DNA from: Macrostomum hystrix
Taxonomy: Eukaryota; Animalia; Platyhelminthes
Assembly (NCBI GenBank): GCA_950097015.1
Contig: CATNEN010000024.1
Coordinates: forward strand, 3,472,001-3,536,000
Direction of reading: 5' to 3'
DNA: 64,000 nt
A program made the translations under genes and the position numbers. Below the pieces are notes generated by a model. It did no database searches, had not been told where the DNA came from, and saw nothing but the letters and a program-made list of their open reading frames with translations. Shown here piece by piece: positions 61,395-64,000 of this stretch (the first letter of the stretch is position 1; the number at the start of each line of letters is the position of its first letter).

Positions 61395-62945
61395 CCACTA
61401 TCTACTTTTCATCCCACTGTCTACTTCTCATCTTACTGTCTACTTCTCATCTTACTGTCTACTTCTCATCCCACTGTCTACTTCTCATCCCACTGTCTAC
61501 TTCTCATCTTACTGTCTACTTCTCATCTTACTGTCTACTTCTCATCCCACTGTCTACTCCTCATCTTACTGTCTACTTCTCATCTTACTGTTTACTTCTC
61601 ATCCCACTGCCTACTTCTCATCCCACTGTCTACTCCTCATCTTACTGTCTACTTCTTATCTTACTGTCTACTTCTCATCCCACTGTCTACTTCTCATCTT
61701 ACTGTTTAATTCTCATCCCACTGTCTACTTCTCATCCCACTGTCTACTTCTCATCCCACTGTCTACTTCTCATCCCACTGTCTACTTCTCATCCCACTGT
61801 CTACTTCTCATCTTACTGTCTACTTCTCATCTTACTGTCTACTTCTCATCCCACTGTCTACTCCTCATCTTACTGTCTACTTCTCATCTTACTGTCTACT
61901 TCTCATCCCACTGTCTACTTCTCATCCCACTGTCTACTTCTCATCTTACTGTCTACTTCTCATCTTACTGTCTACTTCTCATCTTACTGTCTACTTCTCA
62001 TCCCACTGTCTACTTTTCATCCCACTGTCTACTTCTCATCTTACTGTCTACTTCTCATCTTACTGTCTACTTCTCATCCCACTGTCTACTTCTCATCCCA
62101 CTGTCTACTTCTCATCCCACTGTCTACTTCTCATCCCACTGTCTACGTCTCATACTACTAAGTACTTCTCATCCTACTATGTACTTCTCATCCCATGTCT
62201 ACTTCTCATTCCACTGTCTACTTCTCATCCCATGTCTACTTCTCATTCTACTATCTACTTCTCATCCCACTGTCTACTTCTCATCCCACTGTCTACTTCT
62301 CATCCCACTGTCTACTTCTCATCTTACTGTCTACTTCTCATCTTACTGTCTACTTCTCATCCCACTGTCTACTCCTCATCTTACTGTCTACTTCTCATCT
62401 TACTGTCTACTTCTCATCCCACTGTCTACTTCTCATCCCACTGTCTACTTCTCATCTTACTGTCTACTTCTCATCTTACTGTCTACTTCTCATCTTACTG
62501 TCTACTTCTCATCCCACTGTCTACTTTTCATCCCACTGTCTACTTCTCATCTTACTGTCTACTTCTCATCTTACTGTCTACTTCTCATCCCACTGTCTAC
62601 TTCTCATCCCACTGTCTACTTCTCATCCCACTGTCTACTTCTCATCCCACTGTCTACGTCTCATACTACTAAGTACTTCTCATCCTACTATGTACTTCTC
62701 ATCCCATGTCTACTTCTCATTCCACTATCTACTTCTCATCCCATGTCTACTTCTCATTCTACTATCTACTTCTCATCCCACTGTCTACTTCTCATCCCAC
62801 TATCTACTTCTCATCCCACTGTCTACTTCTCTTTCGACAATCTACTTCTAATCTTACCATCTATTTTTCATCCCTCTATCTAATTCTCATCCTACTATCT
62901 ACTTCTCATTCCACTATCTACTTCTCATCCTAGTATGTACTTCTC
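61395..62945. repeat. 19-bp minisatellite TCTACTTCTCATC(CC/TT)ACTG
   Basis: About 80 units. Confidence 0.96.
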
Positions 62946-63629
62946 ATTCTTATAATGTGCTTTGAATCACTCAATCTGCTCGTCATCGTGCTATAGATTT
63001 CTGGTCAATGGAACTGTCACAATGTGCCGTGTCCACCGGTGAACGTGTAGTTAAAATTGGCGCAGAATCGCAATATTTTAACTTGAAGTTTGTTGTCGGG
63101 CCCACAAGTGCTGAATCTTTGGCTTGAAATAATGGTTATTATTTTAAGCCTCGCCTTCAGAGACTTGGGAACTGTCGATAATTGCCTAGCGACAGCAGCG
63201 AAAGTAAAACAGCTAGGGCGAAAAAATCTCGCCTCCCATATACAATGTAGATATGGTTGTTTTTTCTTCATCAAGAGAACGATAGGCCAGACTCTGCAGA
63301 AAAAGGCAGCCCTCTTAATCAAATTTCTGCCTTGAATGAGCGCAAAGACCAAATATTATCTTTCATAGGCCATCCTTTCCGTTCTGTTGACTCAATTTTG
63401 GGAAGAGGGTTGCTCTCCATCAGCTTTTTTCCTTTTTATTCTACAACTGCTCCCAAATTTGGACAGTGTCCCAGATCCATAGCTATGTAGCATGAGAATT
63501 ATAGGACTGATGTAAACGCTACTCTGGAAATCTAACGAGCTACGTTACATTTGTTCTCGTAGATGATACTAAAAAAATTAACTATCCTCAAAGCAAAGCA
63601 AACTGATCTTCATCAGTCTCACAGATGTT

Positions 63630-63890
63630 TCAAAACTGTGTTTTCCCGAAAACTGTGATTTTCCTGGAAAACTGTGATTTTCCTGGAAAACTGTGATGCT
63701 CCCGGAAAACAGTGTTTTTCCCGGAAAACTGTGATTTTACCGGAAAACTGATTTTCCCGGAAAACTGTGATTTTTCCGGAAAACTGTGATTTTCCCGGAA
63801 AACTGTGATTTTCCCGGAAAACTGTGATTTCCTGAAAAACTGTGTTTTCCTGGAAAACTGTGATTTCCCGAAAACTGTGATTTACCGAAA
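63630..63890. repeat. Minisatellite of about 19 bp, AAAACTGTGATTTTCCCGG
   Basis: Same unit and orientation as 60180-60830. Confidence 0.9.
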
Positions 63891-64000
63891 ACCACATTTA
63901 TTCAGAAATAAAATACGAAACAAAAAGAACAGGCTTACGAAGCGTTGGACTGGTGTTGAGGATTTCAGAAAACCCGGGCTTGCCACTAATTTCTCTCCTC

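Overview
Eukaryotic (metazoan) genomic DNA. About half of the window (roughly 32 kb by my boundary estimates) is intronic tandem repeat. The one clear host gene is a minus-strand, type II membrane dipeptidyl peptidase IV-family (S9B) gene. I assembled it by hand from 17 GT-AG exons (28134 to 4153, 2493 nt, 830 aa plus stop, all intron phases consistent). It has a DPP6/DPP10-like ELVG...KGIVIAL transmembrane exon but an intact catalytic set (WVYEEE, VYAGP, GWSYGG, HGTGDDNVH, YPDEDH). That exon has no start codon. Upstream, over 27.5 kb, lie six candidate alternative N-terminal coding exons (58503, 53670, 46522, 42445, 40319, 31047). Each runs ATG to a phase-0 GT donor and is preceded by a 3' splice-acceptor-like site, and two are evident paralogues (RTExVDxxFExxE). 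Mobile DNA includes a Gypsy LTR retroelement (31294-35590) with identical 303-bp LTRs, a 5-bp TSD and no RT core, interrupted by a Merlin/IS1595-type non-autonomous transposon. There are also a hAT MITE carrying a satellite, a foldback MITE inside a SINE, and several tRNA-derived SINEs. The long repetitive ORFs in the track are satellite artefacts. All alignments were done by eye; no database search was run.
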